This document shows positions 51,524-64,000 of a DNA stretch of 64,000 nt, piece by piece. The stretch comes from Saccostrea cucullata (lineage: Eukaryota): the NCBI RefSeq assembly GCF_032062105.1, contig NW_026933337.1:186001-250000 (forward strand). The letters run 5' to 3'. The notes below the pieces were generated by a model. It was not told the origin of the DNA. It saw nothing but the letters and a program-made list of their open reading frames with translations, and searched no databases. Position 1 is the stretch's first letter; each line of letters opens with the position of its first letter. The position numbers and the translations under genes are program-made.

Positions 51524-51904
51524 CTGAAACAAACTCTTGCCACTGCTTCACGCGGGCCCTGAAAATTTAATGTAATATTAGTAGCATTATTACATTGAAA
51601 AATTGAACACCGAATAAAAATGGTATATCTGACATGCTAAGAAAATTCGAAAAATACGTCTCCAAGACCCCAAACTCTTACAGTAAAATGTTCTGCGATT
51701 TCAAATGACCTTGATTCTGGAAAGTTGTATGTATATCTAATTCGACGAACTGTAACTTTTTAAAAATGCTTTTCTCATTTGCATGCTTATAATATTTATA
51801 AAAATTTATATTTTAAAAGTCCTATTTATTATATTGTTAGAAATTTGATAAACATGAAGTATTTCTAACAATATAATTTCTCTATTTTTAAAGTCCATTT
51901 AGTC

Positions 51905-52197
51905 GCCGCGTGGCGCAGCAATTAGAGCGTCTGCTCTAGAGTTGCGAAGAAGTTGGTCCTTACGTCGCTGGTTCGAATCCCATTGTTGCACGTGGAGACC
52001 GGTCCTTCGGATGAGGCCGTATAAACCGAGGTCCCGTGTCGCAGTAGGTGCTGGCACGAAAAAGATCCCTCACTGCTCAATGGCCCTAAGTGTCTAGCAT
52101 AGGACAAAATTTGCAGCTCTCCACAGGCAAGTGTTGGAGTCTCAAAATGAGTGAAAAATTCTCGAGAGGAACATTAAAAAACATACAATCAGTCAAT
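51905..52197 (+). mobile_element. Full-length tRNA-derived SINE
   Basis: A-box-like TGGCGCAGCAATTAG, B box GGTTCGAATCCC, body shared with three other copies in the window, CAAT-like tail. Confidence 0.85.
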
Positions 52198-53041
52198 AAT
52201 TAAATTCCTTTTTTCTAAAATAACAATGATCTTGACCAGTTCATGAGTCGAAAGCTTATTGAAAGGGGGCAAAACCAACAAAACAAAGTAAGCCCAAATT
52301 TTCAATGCCTATATAAAAATATCTATCTTTGCAAAAAAAAAAAAAAAAAAAGCCTTCCCCAACTTAGCTACCCCTCCCTGGTTCCGAGGCTTATGAAATT
52401 TCCAATAAAATTTGGAAATCACTTCTCCACTCATCCTCTGATTACGGATTTTTTAGATGACACGGAATTTTGTAGATGACACGGGATTTTTACAATTTCA
52501 ACCTGGTTAAATGTCATACTGAACCCCCCGGTTCTAATTAAACTTCTGTCTGACCAATCACATTTGTCGCTGTTTATGTTAGAATAAAACCAAATCTCAT
52601 CGGAGAAAATTTAGGAATAGAGACAGAAACAATATCCAATGTTCTGTAGTCTCGTGAACAGAACTTTTCTATTGAAACGAGTGTTCAACACGACATAATG
52701 CAATGTCCTTAACAGTGTACCTTAACTTTTCCTTTTCATGTCTTCGAGGAGAAAAATCTGTATGCTTATATAAACTGTTACCAAAAGCTGAAACAGATAT
52801 ACATATATAGTTAATAATATGATAAATATTAGGCTTTAAATATCAATGTACAACTGTTTGCGCTTTTGAGGTTTGTTATAAATAATGTTGAAAGTGTTAT
52901 TTTTTCGCCATTGTTATTTAAATTGTATACACAAGTACATGTACCATAAAAATTATTAATGAATTAGATGAAGAAAAAAAAATGAAATGTTATTTTCAAA
53001 ATGGTAAAAATTTTTTGAATGTCATAAAATAATTATTATTG

Positions 53042-53170
53042 NNNNNNNNNNNNNNNNNNNNNNNNNNNNNNNNNNNNNNNNNNNNNNNNNNNNNNNNNNN
53101 NNNNNNNNNNNNNNNNNNNNNNNNNNNNNNNNNNNNNNNNNNNNNNNNNNNNNNNNNNNNNNNNNNNNNN
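53042..53170. other. Assembly gap (129 N)
   Basis: Run of N. Confidence 1.
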
Positions 53171-56100
53171 GCTTTTGATTCCAAAGAACTAAAGCAGTAT
53201 CTCATTGCTTTTTAATTTCTGATAATTCTATAATGTAAAATTGAAAAAAAAAAATGAAAGTTTTGAAAGTAAACTATTTATTATTTGGTCAGTGAATATT
53301 CATGATATGCAGATGTAAATATTGTCAATTTCTACGCAGTTACAATATAGATCATGTACATCTCTGATTTTGCTGGCTTGGGTTAAAATATCGTCACCTC
53401 ACGAACTGCTCCAAATCTGGCCGCGTAGACAACATCGATGGTAAACAGGAAAGCCATCTGGAAACTGTTATTTGATTTTACGTGAGTACATGGCAAGCCA
53501 TAGTGATGAACTGGTGACCGGTCTGTCTCCTACAGCTTGTGACGTCAATCAATCATACAGCAAAGGTTCAATATTATCTTGTCTCTCTACTGTCATTTTA
53601 AAGATGTTATAGAGAACACTAAGAATTATAAATTTAATATAAGTATAATTATATGTAATGATTGATTGTAAAACAGATAAAACATTTAAGTTTCTTTTAT
53701 CGTTTGAAAATAGAATTTTCATATTTTAAACCAAACGTGAAGAAGTTTTGAAAACATGGATGCATTATTATTATATATTAGATACACATTTGAAATTCTT
53801 TTGACTTTTCAAACAAAATGCTTAATAGATCTTTGAACATTTTAAAATAATTTTAATATCAATAAAATATTTAATCATTTCTATCATTAATTTGAAAAAT
53901 AAAGATAAATATGAAATGGATAAACTCTTCATTTATAAATAAATAAAGTGGGTGTTTAAATTCGTTCTCATGCATCATGCATTGAGTATAGATGAAAACA
54001 TTGGCGTCGGAAGCAAAAATAAAATATCTCTTTCGCAAATGTTTTCTTTGACTAAACACGAAAATCCTACTTCTCGGGAAGGGGCGGGGGATAAAACTTC
54101 TTTTGATAACGAATCACTGAACCTTTTTTAACTTAAACTGCACATAACTATTGAACTTTGGGGGGGGGGGGTAATCCTACGCCCCGATGTTTAATCATGC
54201 CTATTTTATCTTTGCAAAAAAAGTGGGGGTCTAAGCCCCCCCCCCCCCCCCCCCCCCCCCAGCACCCCTGTCCGACGTCTATAGAAGTAGGAAAAAAGAA
54301 AAAAAAATTCTATTTTATACTACTTAGTATATAGAATTACATGTACGTATTATAGCGTTATGTCAAATCTTGCAGCTTGTGCCGTGACTGAGGTCAAATG
54401 ATTTTAATCGGATGAAATTCATAATTTTTTTATAACACCATAAGATTTATCATGAATTGATATCAATCAGATAGTATTAATATTTATCAAAATTCTGTAT
54501 AAAATAATTTTTTGTGTTTTCACATTTTATCTTATTTGTTTCTTACAGAAGACATGTGTGTTCTGTGTTTGAAAATTAAAAAAAAACGTAAATAATAAGT
54601 AATCGCGAATTTCACATGAAAATCGCTTAATCAATTCCGCTGAAAACATTTGTAATCCTTAACCTTTACATAACCCCATGCTCTTACTAATTAATTCATC
54701 GATAAATCACCAATATGTAAACTGATATAAGCTTATTAAATGATATAATCATATTGTCGTACAGATTAGGCCTTGTCCACATTATAAAAGATGACACTTC
54801 CTCCGGTCCAGTGAACAACCCCCCCAATAATGCAGTATCTCTTCCGACAGACTGACAAGAGGACAGTTGATCCCCCTATCAATTAAAACACTTAAATACA
54901 TACTTCTCAGTCATCAGCATGTATGTGTATCTTAGTACTTAAAGGGTAGCATCTTTGTAATGGTGTTAAAAAAGATATATCATTAAGATTTAGATTTTGT
55001 AAATTGTGTCATCTTATAAAAAGAAAATAAAATGACTAGAAATATTTAGAATTTTTGTAAAATTATTATTTTAAAAAAAAATATTTTTCTTAACTTGGAA
55101 ACATTTGCTCTTTATACCAATGTTTTTATTTACTATAAATTTGAAACCATAAAGCTGCAAAATTCAATGTAATCTTGCTTCAATTAAAATTATCCAATGA
55201 GTTATAAAACTTTCAGGAAATTAGGTCACAGGGGTGGGAGAAAATTCAATCGCTGAACATAAGAAATATTTCATGCATTAAAATTTTGTTAAAATTAATT
55301 AGTTTGAGTTCTAGAAAAAGAATAAGTTATTAAAAAAACATAATTATATTCTTAGCCTTAACGTAGCATATGCCGATATATCTGGTACTGTTAAAACAGT
55401 CAGTTTCTTAGCTTTTTGTTTGAAATATTTTTAAAAAGTTTTAATTTTCTGCTTTTTTTTAATAGTCAGTGAAATGGAAGATTTTTTTAAAAAAAAAATT
55501 CTATTTAATAAAATATTTTTTCTTTCTTTTCTTTTTTTAGATAGAAAATAAAAGATAAGGAGCTATAACAGATAACGGTATTTCATAAATCAATCAATCA
55601 ATAAATAAAAAAATAAATAATAAACATTTACGCGCCAATAGAACAGTCTTTCTAGATATAAGGCTTCCTATATTGGTAGTATAAAGCATGTTAATCTGTA
55701 TCAATCTCTAGTAAGTGTTCTTACCAAATCTCAAGTGAGATCAAGTCAGACATAAAGTGCTTTGTAAACAAAACTGACGTACACTACCGACAGTAAAATT
55801 GTTTTAATCGCATTATTAATCCATAGGTGACGCAAATATTTTAGTAATGTAAGTGCCACAATGTACAAGGTTTGTACAGTGTATTTATTTGTTTAATTTC
55901 AAAAATAAATGTAAGAATTGCTTTCTTTTCAAAGAGGTTAATGATTTTAAATAGAATTAAAAATTTTGAGTTATGAATTTATCTAGGACATTTTTTTTCA
56001 CGAAAGAAAAATTGAAAGAATGCGAACAATGATTGATCTTTTTAATACAGCATGTTTTCATTTTTCAAGTCAAACATACACATGTAGATACACTAGTATA

Positions 56101-56379
56101 AATATAGATATATAACAATTCCAGTTTTACACAAAATTATTTAAACAAATTAAGAGTTTTGTGGAGGGGAGCCCGTACTTTCTATAAATAAATATTTTCA
56201 AATAAAAATCTACTATAAATTTAGCAAAATTAGTTAATTTCGCATGGTAAAATTTCGAGGTATCCCAGAAACGTAGGGTATAACCAATCTGATTAAAATA
56301 AGATCATTGTTTAGGTCGAAATTCTGATGGTCACCGTAACAGAGATCTGATTTTAATTAAGATTGCTATGAAAAGGTCA

Positions 56380-58345
56380 TAAACACGGAACCCAGGAGAA
56401 TTCTAGAGGTGGTATCAGGTGCCTAGGAGGAGTGAGTATCCCCTGCCGACCAGTTACACCTGCCACCAGCCCTTTGTTTTGATCAAGTAGAAGGATCATT
56501 CCGTAGTCAAATTCAGTATAAAAAAAACGAAGGCCTAACAATAAATATGAAGTCAGCCAATATACGACCCAATGATTGGTTATAAATGCTTACAATGTCA
56601 ATTTAACGACCATAGCATATACGAAATCCCGACTTTACACGTAGTAGATGAAATACCTGTAACAACAAATTATCTGTCAGTAGCCTGACTCTGTATAAAA
56701 ACTGATCGTACTCGAAGCATGCTCTTGAGTATCAAACATGTTGTGATGTAGAAGTGAAAAATTCAGAAGTGAAAAAAGGGATAGGATGGATCACAGGCGT
56801 GTACTGGTCCGTGCTGACAAAGCAGGTAAGAAGATTGTCTTTAATTGTAAGTTTGTATTTAAGAGGAACTTGGCTTTGATTCTGCAAGTGGCAATCCATT
56901 TTATACCCATAGCTCCCTTTATAATGAGGAAATTCTTCATATTCAGATGTCAGTTTCGAATATAAAATGAATTACCAAATACTTGTATATATAGGATTCC
57001 GAAACTTCATAAAAATCCTTACAAAACGAAGTAACATAGCGGGTTCCAGTAATGTTATACCAAGCTTAAGCCTCTTTCTTTACAACTCATTATAAAATAA
57101 AACAGTTGTGAAGGGGAAACATCATGAGTACTGTGGAAATATATCTGAAAAACATATTGGAGAAGTGGAGTAAATCAGATGTGGATACTGAAAAATTCCA
57201 ATTAAGGAACTTTTGATCAATTAATAACAAAATTTTACCAAATTCAACAACATCAAAACTTACGACTTTTCAACTTTGATATAAAACATCCATTTCCCAC
57301 AATAAATGAAAGACATGGCTTTCTGACATCATCGACAGCTGTTTTTTCAATTGTAAAAAAAAAATAGAACTCGTAAATTTACTAGCCTTGTCATTGGTCA
57401 TTTGCAAAATTAATTTGTACAAAAACAAGGAAAAAAAACGTTAATGATAATCTAACAATAAAGCTTGATGACTTTAACTTTCCAATCCTCAACTTGCCTT
57501 ACTTTTGCAGCTGCACACAGGATTCTACGAAAGCCCAGAAGGCTCATTCGAGATTCAAGTTTCGAAATACGAGATTCAAAAAATTCGAAATTCGGATTCA
57601 AGAAGATTAACCAATCAAAAGGCTCATTCGAGGTTCGAAATACGAGATTCGAAATTCGAGTTTCGAGATTCAAAATCCAGATTAACCAATCAAATGCGGG
57701 TTCAACATTGATTACCCTTTATTATGTTAAAATCGATCAATAAATCGTTTAATATATTTATAACAAATGAGTCATTTGAATAAATTACAATGCAAGAAAA
57801 GTGTTATATATATTAGAAAGAAACTAAATAATCATTTGACCAAAACTCGAATTCAATAAGCCTTTTGATTGGTTAATCTGGATTTCGAAACTCGAATTTC
57901 GAATCTCGAATTTTGAATCTCGTATTTCGAAACTTGAATCTCGAATGAGCCTTCTGGGCTTTCGTAGGATTCATATCTCTCAGTTGATTCGATACACATG
58001 TAAGAGTATGTTCTACGTACATGTATAAACAATTCCTAAAACGAGGAAAGTTATTGACAAAAAAGTGGATGAAAGAAGAATATTAGCAGTCTCGTTTAAA
58101 ATCATCATTTCGTAAGTTCTATGGTCGATACCATGACCTTGTCAGCAAATATGTAATGTATTATTTTAAAAGTCAAATGCTGAATAAGTTTTTCATACTA
58201 ATTTTTAGGCCATTATTTACAATCTAAATTGTCGACGGATTTTCCCGTTACTTCCTAATCATGACAAGGAGCACACGGCGATCGGCAGGGGATGTTCACT
58301 CCTCCATTACACCTGATCTGATGTTCTGGAGGTCTGTGTTTGCTC
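56380..58345 (+). mobile_element. Decayed Penelope-like retroelement with an inverted terminal copy (pLTR-like)
   Basis: Frame-broken RT motifs KLHKNPYK..IAGSS, IKTYDFSTL, DDFNFPILNLP, ISQLIRY. 56382-56462 is an imperfect reverse complement of 58268-58341. Confidence 0.75.
57526..57966. mobile_element. Non-autonomous element with TAC..GTA ends and 6-bp TSD (IS3EU-like), nested in the Penelope relic
   Basis: About 55-bp perfect TIR TACGAAAGCCCAGAAGGCTCATTCGAGATTCAAGTTTCGAAATACGAGATTCAAAA; TSD GGATTC (57520-57525, 57967-57972). Confidence 0.85.
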
Positions 58346-59095
58346 TTCTCCTAATTTGTAATGTTTAATGGACTTTTGAACTCGAATACTAGCTGTTCTT
58401 TATCTCCACATATATTTCGTGTAAACACCCAATGCATGTGCTATCGGGATACTACTTCATAAAAAGAAAAGATGACGATAGAAAGGTAGAGGTCATCTCG
58501 TTTTGTGAAACATCCAAAAATAAATGTGGTAGACTCAGTCCTGTCATTTATTTCAAGATCATTGGGAATTACATGTACCCTATCGAGATATTATGTATGA
58601 ATGAAAGTAAATATTATAATTGTTAATTGGTAATTATACATCATTGATGTACTGGTAGTATCTAAATGTCGAGTTGGAGGCAAGTATCTGCTACTCATTT
58701 AGAAGTTATTTTAAAAATAAGTTCTGCTTCATAGGAATATTAAACAGGCTTCTCAACAAATGTTTTAAGACTCCAAAAATATTGGCAATGAGAAATCCAG
58801 CAGCCTTTTAATAGCATCTTCAGATAACTTTTGTGTAGAATTATTATTTTTTACGAAGTATAAATTTTGTTGATGACCATTCACATGTTGAAATTTCTAC
58901 GTTCCGTTTTTATTGAAAAAGCAGGTGTTTATAGTAACAAAAAGCCTTGTTTTTAATGTGTTGTGAGGAATGGTTGTATATCAGTCTGTACTTCACACCC
59001 GACCAGGCTTAAGAAAAGGAAAATTGTGCACTTTACCTTGTTTATTTCATGCAAGTATTATTTTAATTAATAAAAACCACGATTTAAGCCTGCTT

Positions 59096-59392
59096 GCTTG
59101 ATTATTTTCTTCTTTAACGTCTCCTTGAAGAATATTTTACCCATATTGAGACGCCATTACTTGCCGTTGGAGGGCTGTAAATTTCAACGTATGCTCGGCA
59201 ACTGGATCATGTATCAATGCGGACTTTTTTTCGTGCCAGCACCTACTGAGACATGCATGGTGTCTCGGTTTATATGGTTTCATCCGAAGAACCGGTCTCC
59301 ACGTCCAATAGAGGAACTGGAATCCACATTGTAAGGATTATCTCCTTACTCCGTAACTCTAGAACAAACGCTCTAACCACCACACCGCGGTC
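59096..59392 (-). mobile_element. tRNA-derived SINE (diverged copy)
   Basis: TTCGTGCCAGCACCTACTG..CTCGGTTTATATGG..CATCCGAAGAACCGGTCTCCACGT..CGCTCTAA matches the reverse complement of the SINE at 51905. Confidence 0.8.
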
Positions 59393-60929
59393 GACTGGTT
59401 AATTTTGCTACTCGATTCCTGAAACTCCAAGCTATCAGTATATGTGTTCAGTATTTATTAATATCTATCATTAAATTTTACGATACAGTAAACTTTTTGG
59501 GTTTGTTTCATCACATGTACAGGAATCTGAAGTTTTTATCATATATTTACGAAAAAGGGATATCCCACTCTCAACTAAAACACGTTTTTTGGGGCATTTT
59601 AAACGAATTTAAGGTTTTATTTTTTTAAAACAAACTTTAATTGTTTTCAATTTTTTTAATTTCAAAATTAAAAGAAAATACTGAGAAAATATAACTTTAA
59701 ACTGTTTAAAATGCATTTTCAAACTTTCAGAGATATAGAAAATTAGTTTAAAACTGAATCAATATCAGTGAAATGTTATAACACAATCTCAATTTGGATT
59801 ATATAAAACATTAATTTCTTTCTTCTTGCGTTGTTTCCAGGGAATAAAAGTCATTATATACGGATTTTCCTCTGCAAATTAAAGATATAAATAAGTGGAA
59901 AATGTCCTCAAAGATAAATAAATGCAAAGAAAAAACATATTCAATGGTTTACAGAAAATCGGTGTGAGGGGTTACCTAATGACAACTGATGCCACATTAT
60001 ATTCATATCTTGATAAACTGTTATTTAGTCCTTAGAGCTTTTATAAGTTACTTTTACATATAGGTTAATTAAGTAGGATGATTACATAAGTAAATGAATA
60101 TCAAATAAGTACATGATTAATGATTCCTCAAACTTCCTCTTTCCTTGTTTTTGCATACATGATGACAAAAATTAATGAAAAAATATAAGGAGAAAGTATG
60201 TATATTTTAAGGGGAACACGTGCTCCGCAAAGTGAAGCATTCCCTGGCAAAGAGCACATCTATTAATCAAAGAGCATATCTTTTAATCATTATATCTATA
60301 GATCAAGGCAGCATTCGACATCGAGATATATACTTTTTATATATTTTTATGAATGATACGATAACAAAAAAAAATGTCTTTTAAGGACAGATGATACAAA
60401 CAAACTTTTGTCAAAAAATGTGAGAATAACAACTTGAGTCATGTTGTAATGAGTATAATGAACAAGTTTCACCTTGTAGTTTTTAATTTTTTATTCAAAT
60501 TTTCACAAAAATGGGATTTAAAGTGAAAAAAATATTTGTATAGATTAATAAGGATGGCTTCAGGGAGGCAGAATTCTGAACACCTTAGAAGGTTTACAAT
60601 TCTTTACATTCTAAAAATTAAGTATCTGCCTCCGTTTAAAATAATCATACTCGCAGCATTCTCTCGAGTATTGAAAATAAGTTGTGAGATATAAACACAA
60701 ACAGCAGATAATAGCTTGATTACTATAAATGTATATAGATAAGGAAAGTTGATGATGAAAAAAAGTTAAGTCACTCGTTTAGTTGTTAGTTGGCCCAAAT
60801 CGTCTGTTGTCAGTATAGCATGCAAAAATGGACCAACGGTATGTGGTGTCTTTTATTTCAAGTTTTTTTTTTGGATAAATCGAATCGGCATATGAATAAA
60901 ACTTTAAAGGAAATATTTGTAAATTGATG

Positions 60930-61440
60930 ATATTTCATCAATATATCTACATGAAAATGTTGAGTCGAAAGCAATAACAAGTGTAATCTTCTTCTCCTGT
61001 AGAAGTTCCTGAATAAATTCTGCTTCACTGAAAAAAAAAAAGTTGACTAGTGAAAGAGCAAAGTAAATTGTCAACGGGATATCCAGCAGTTTGTTGAAAG
61101 ACTTGGTCTCAGCACACTTCATGCATGTTGTCAATGAGAAACCCCAGCAATCCTTTTAATATCAGCTTCAGAGTACTTGTTCGTAGAATCAGAGTAATAT
61201 TTAACTAAGTAACTTTGATGATGACCAGTCACAAAGTGTGAACATTTTCCGTTTCTATAGGATAAGCAGTTTATGATAGTCTTTAAAAATTCGTATGGAA
61301 TGGTTGTAGCGTTTTAATTGTAGAAAACTCATGCGAAGCATTTGTCTATGATATTTAAAATCCCCAGTCTTTAAAAAACCGTGTGGAATGGTTGTAAAGT
61401 TTTATTTATAGAAAACTTGTACGTTTTGATATTATGGACT
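60930..61440 (-). mobile_element. Penelope-like RT core fragment (pseudogenised); a more decayed copy lies at about 58650-58980
   Basis: Minus-strand frame-broken FLIDNM, QVFQQT, EAEFIQELLQEKK, AFDSTF..RYIDE correspond to the RT QxxGIPMG...RYIDD region. Confidence 0.7.
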
Positions 61441-62923
61441 AAAATTTAGTAAATTTTAATTTTCTGAATTTTTTTCTTAGAGACGATCTGCATTTGATTC
61501 ACACAACATCTAGAATATGTTATAGCACAGTATCTTTGAAGTTTCTCCTTGACAGCAGTTTTTATTTTGATAAGGAGTAAAGATAGGGCCTTGATAGAAC
61601 ATATGCAGGACCCGGCAAGATATTTTTGCAAGGATTTTTATGAATTTTAAGAATCCATTATAAGTAGGGTAGATCGAATGCATCTTCGTTAACTATAGTG
61701 TTTTAAACAACAATGTGCTTTCTTTGGTTGTTAGTAGGGAAATCAATGTCGCAGCTGTTGCAGAAAAAAATACATCACCCGCGTAAGCTGGTTATGTTAA
61801 TTTTCTTTTCTGTAATAGCTGCGACGTTAATTCCTGTACTAACGACCAAAGAAAGTCATTTTATTGTTTATATTTTATTATATTTGTATACATAATCATT
61901 AAGTATTATTAAAAGGATAAATTATTGTATTATTCATTTATACGTCATAGTTCGTTTCAATGATGGAACAGCCACTGATCTAGAATTTGGTACAGTGTGT
62001 TTTTCATGAACTGATAAAATGGCAATAGTCTTTTTTAAGAAATAAAGGAGAAAATATTCAGTGGATGTAATATAAAAGTATGAAACACTGAAATGTGGTT
62101 TCGAAGAATTTCATCTTTGGAAAGTGAATTGCGACCATATTTAGGATTTCCAGACGTAAATTTGAAAAAACAAACTAAAAGATCTTCCAAAATACAATTT
62201 TAATAATGAGCCTTACAAAGACGGTAGTGTTATCAACCTTGTCTGCTTAAAACATTACATCATCCAAATTCTCTGACTGACTCAATCAAGTTATAACAGC
62301 GTGTTGACTTCTTCTGCTACTATTTAAAGATTCTAAAACGAACATCGACTTCAAGTATCTAAAAATGAAAATATTCCCCTTTTAAAACAACACGACTGAA
62401 TATTTCTAATAAAAAATAACTTACTTCAACCCGTATTGTTAATTGGAATTATCTGTCATAAAAATGCCTTGAATAAGGATCTACTTTATATTACAACATA
62501 TTTTCGATATGTTTTTTTTTTCTTATTTCTATATATAATAATACAAATTGTAATCAAGTCAATGTAGTCTTCAAAATTCATACATATCTTACGAATAGCA
62601 GTATAATGGAAACAAATGACATAAAACAATTTATTTTGAACTCTAGCCTCTATGTGTCAAAAAACTTGAAAGAAATACATGTAAAAAGATTTAAATGGGT
62701 GATAGCAAACCAATTTTTTAACAAATAATGATAAAAAGTGATTTCTTCCAAATCAAAATTAGTTCAAAGCATAAACATTTTAAAACATGCATTCAATTTT
62801 TTTGTTAGTAGCAAGTATCCTTAAAAGTGATTATACCGAGTAACTATATGCTTACCTACATGTCAGTAACCACCTTTGAGTTGAGTTATCTTCCTTTGAA
62901 TAATGAATATACATTTACATATA

Positions 62924-64000
62924 CGAGGGCTGTTCAATAAATAATGTCCTGAACTGTATGACATACAATACAGATATCATATGACATTAATCTTGACTTT
63001 CTCTCATTATTGAATCTTTACTGAATTTATTACAGTTTATGTGACCACTTTTCATCACATAGTTTCATCGTGAGAAGCTGGGAAACAAGGGCTTTTCGAG
63101 ACACTGCATTATAAATGAATGGTAAAGAATCAGTAAACTAGAGTGAAAATAAAGGCTACATTAAAGCTGCTGTAAAACTTGTTAAAAATCCCAAATAAAT
63201 ATTCACTGAAATATGTGTCATTTACAGCAACCGATGCCTGTTTTATAGACAAATGAGCAGTTGGATTTCAATGATTAAAAAATTATATAATGGGCATCAA
63301 AAATGGGTACCCTCCTTGCCAACAAAAATTATAACAACTTATGTACTGTTTGCCAAATTTCAACAAATAATATTTGATGATGTATGATTGACTTTGAGAC
63401 ACATAGCAAATTTGATAGACATCATATCGGGAGTAATTTACACTGTTTTTAAGAAACGTTTGACAGTAAAAAAGCTTGGTACTCAAAGGTCACCCTATAT
63501 TTTGAAAAATGAGTGAAAACGACAGCGTGTACGAATGTCTTAACAATTATTTTAAAATAACAGTATTTGTAGTTATTCACGTTTGTTTTACATTTAAACA
63601 GATTTTGGAACATGAAGCTATTGCTTAAAAACATCAAAACAAAATTTACCATAAGATGTACTTGATAAAAACTGCGAGTGTCTGACAAAAGCAAAGGTAT
63701 GCAAGAGCACAAAGACAAACTTATATGCAATTTTCTTGAATATTAGTGGTAGTGTTGTTCAAATTCGTATTTGGGGAGACAGTTTAATATCTGGTGGAGT
63801 CTAGAAAGCAATTTTTTTGCAAAAAGATCGATAGGTTTATTTGAGCAAGGACCCAGAATCAGGAATCCACTACATTGAATTTCTTCATGACAGCGTCCAA
63901 TCCCGCATGCCCTGAAGAGTAAAGGTGTTTTCGAGATAAACAGAAAGTTAATATTTTTTCAAATTAACAATATTTGCCAGATACCTTTTGACTTGTTTCT
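62924..64000 (+). mobile_element. Decayed mariner transposon, running off the window end
   Basis: TA|CGAGGGCTGTTCAATAAATA terminus; relic transposase motifs KKLGTQRSPYILKNE*KRQRV (WVPHxL region, about 63470-63530) and LHDS (LHDNA motif, about 63884). Confidence 0.6.

Noticed and set aside
51905-51985. tRNA genes (also tRNA-like pieces near 22290-22350 and 40640-40700)
   Set aside because: A/B boxes without a convincing cloverleaf; these are SINE heads or decayed fragments.

Overview
AT-rich, intron-rich animal genomic DNA. The repeat families suggest a bivalve, probably an oyster (inference). There are two N gaps (967-1096, 53042-53170). Four protein-coding genes can be built by hand from GT-AG junctions with consistent phases. 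(1) The last exon (568-1995, +) of an unidentified, extremely Asp/Glu-rich protein cut into short units by at least 17 Lys-Arg sites, resembling a convertase-processed polyprotein. (2) A 7-exon OGFR/OGFRL1-family gene (18505-5331, -, 399 aa). (3) An 18-exon mitochondrial ABC half-transporter ABCB8 (18791-37204, +, 700 aa), head-to-head with the OGFR-like gene across 285 bp. (4) A Pointed+ETS factor, SPDEF-like, with 4 coding exons (45681-43095, -, 484 aa) and an N-terminal 13-aa PSSP tandem repeat. Introns and intergenic DNA are dense with non-autonomous transposons: Helentron/HINE-like, mariner, hAT, P-like, AcademH-like, IS3EU-like, TA-MITEs, tRNA-derived SINEs and Penelope RT relics. The best candidate for an undescribed system is the LEKR-repeat acidic-peptide precursor. 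Part of ABCB8 intron 13 looks like an interleaved consensus artefact. All family names come from motif recognition; no searches were run.
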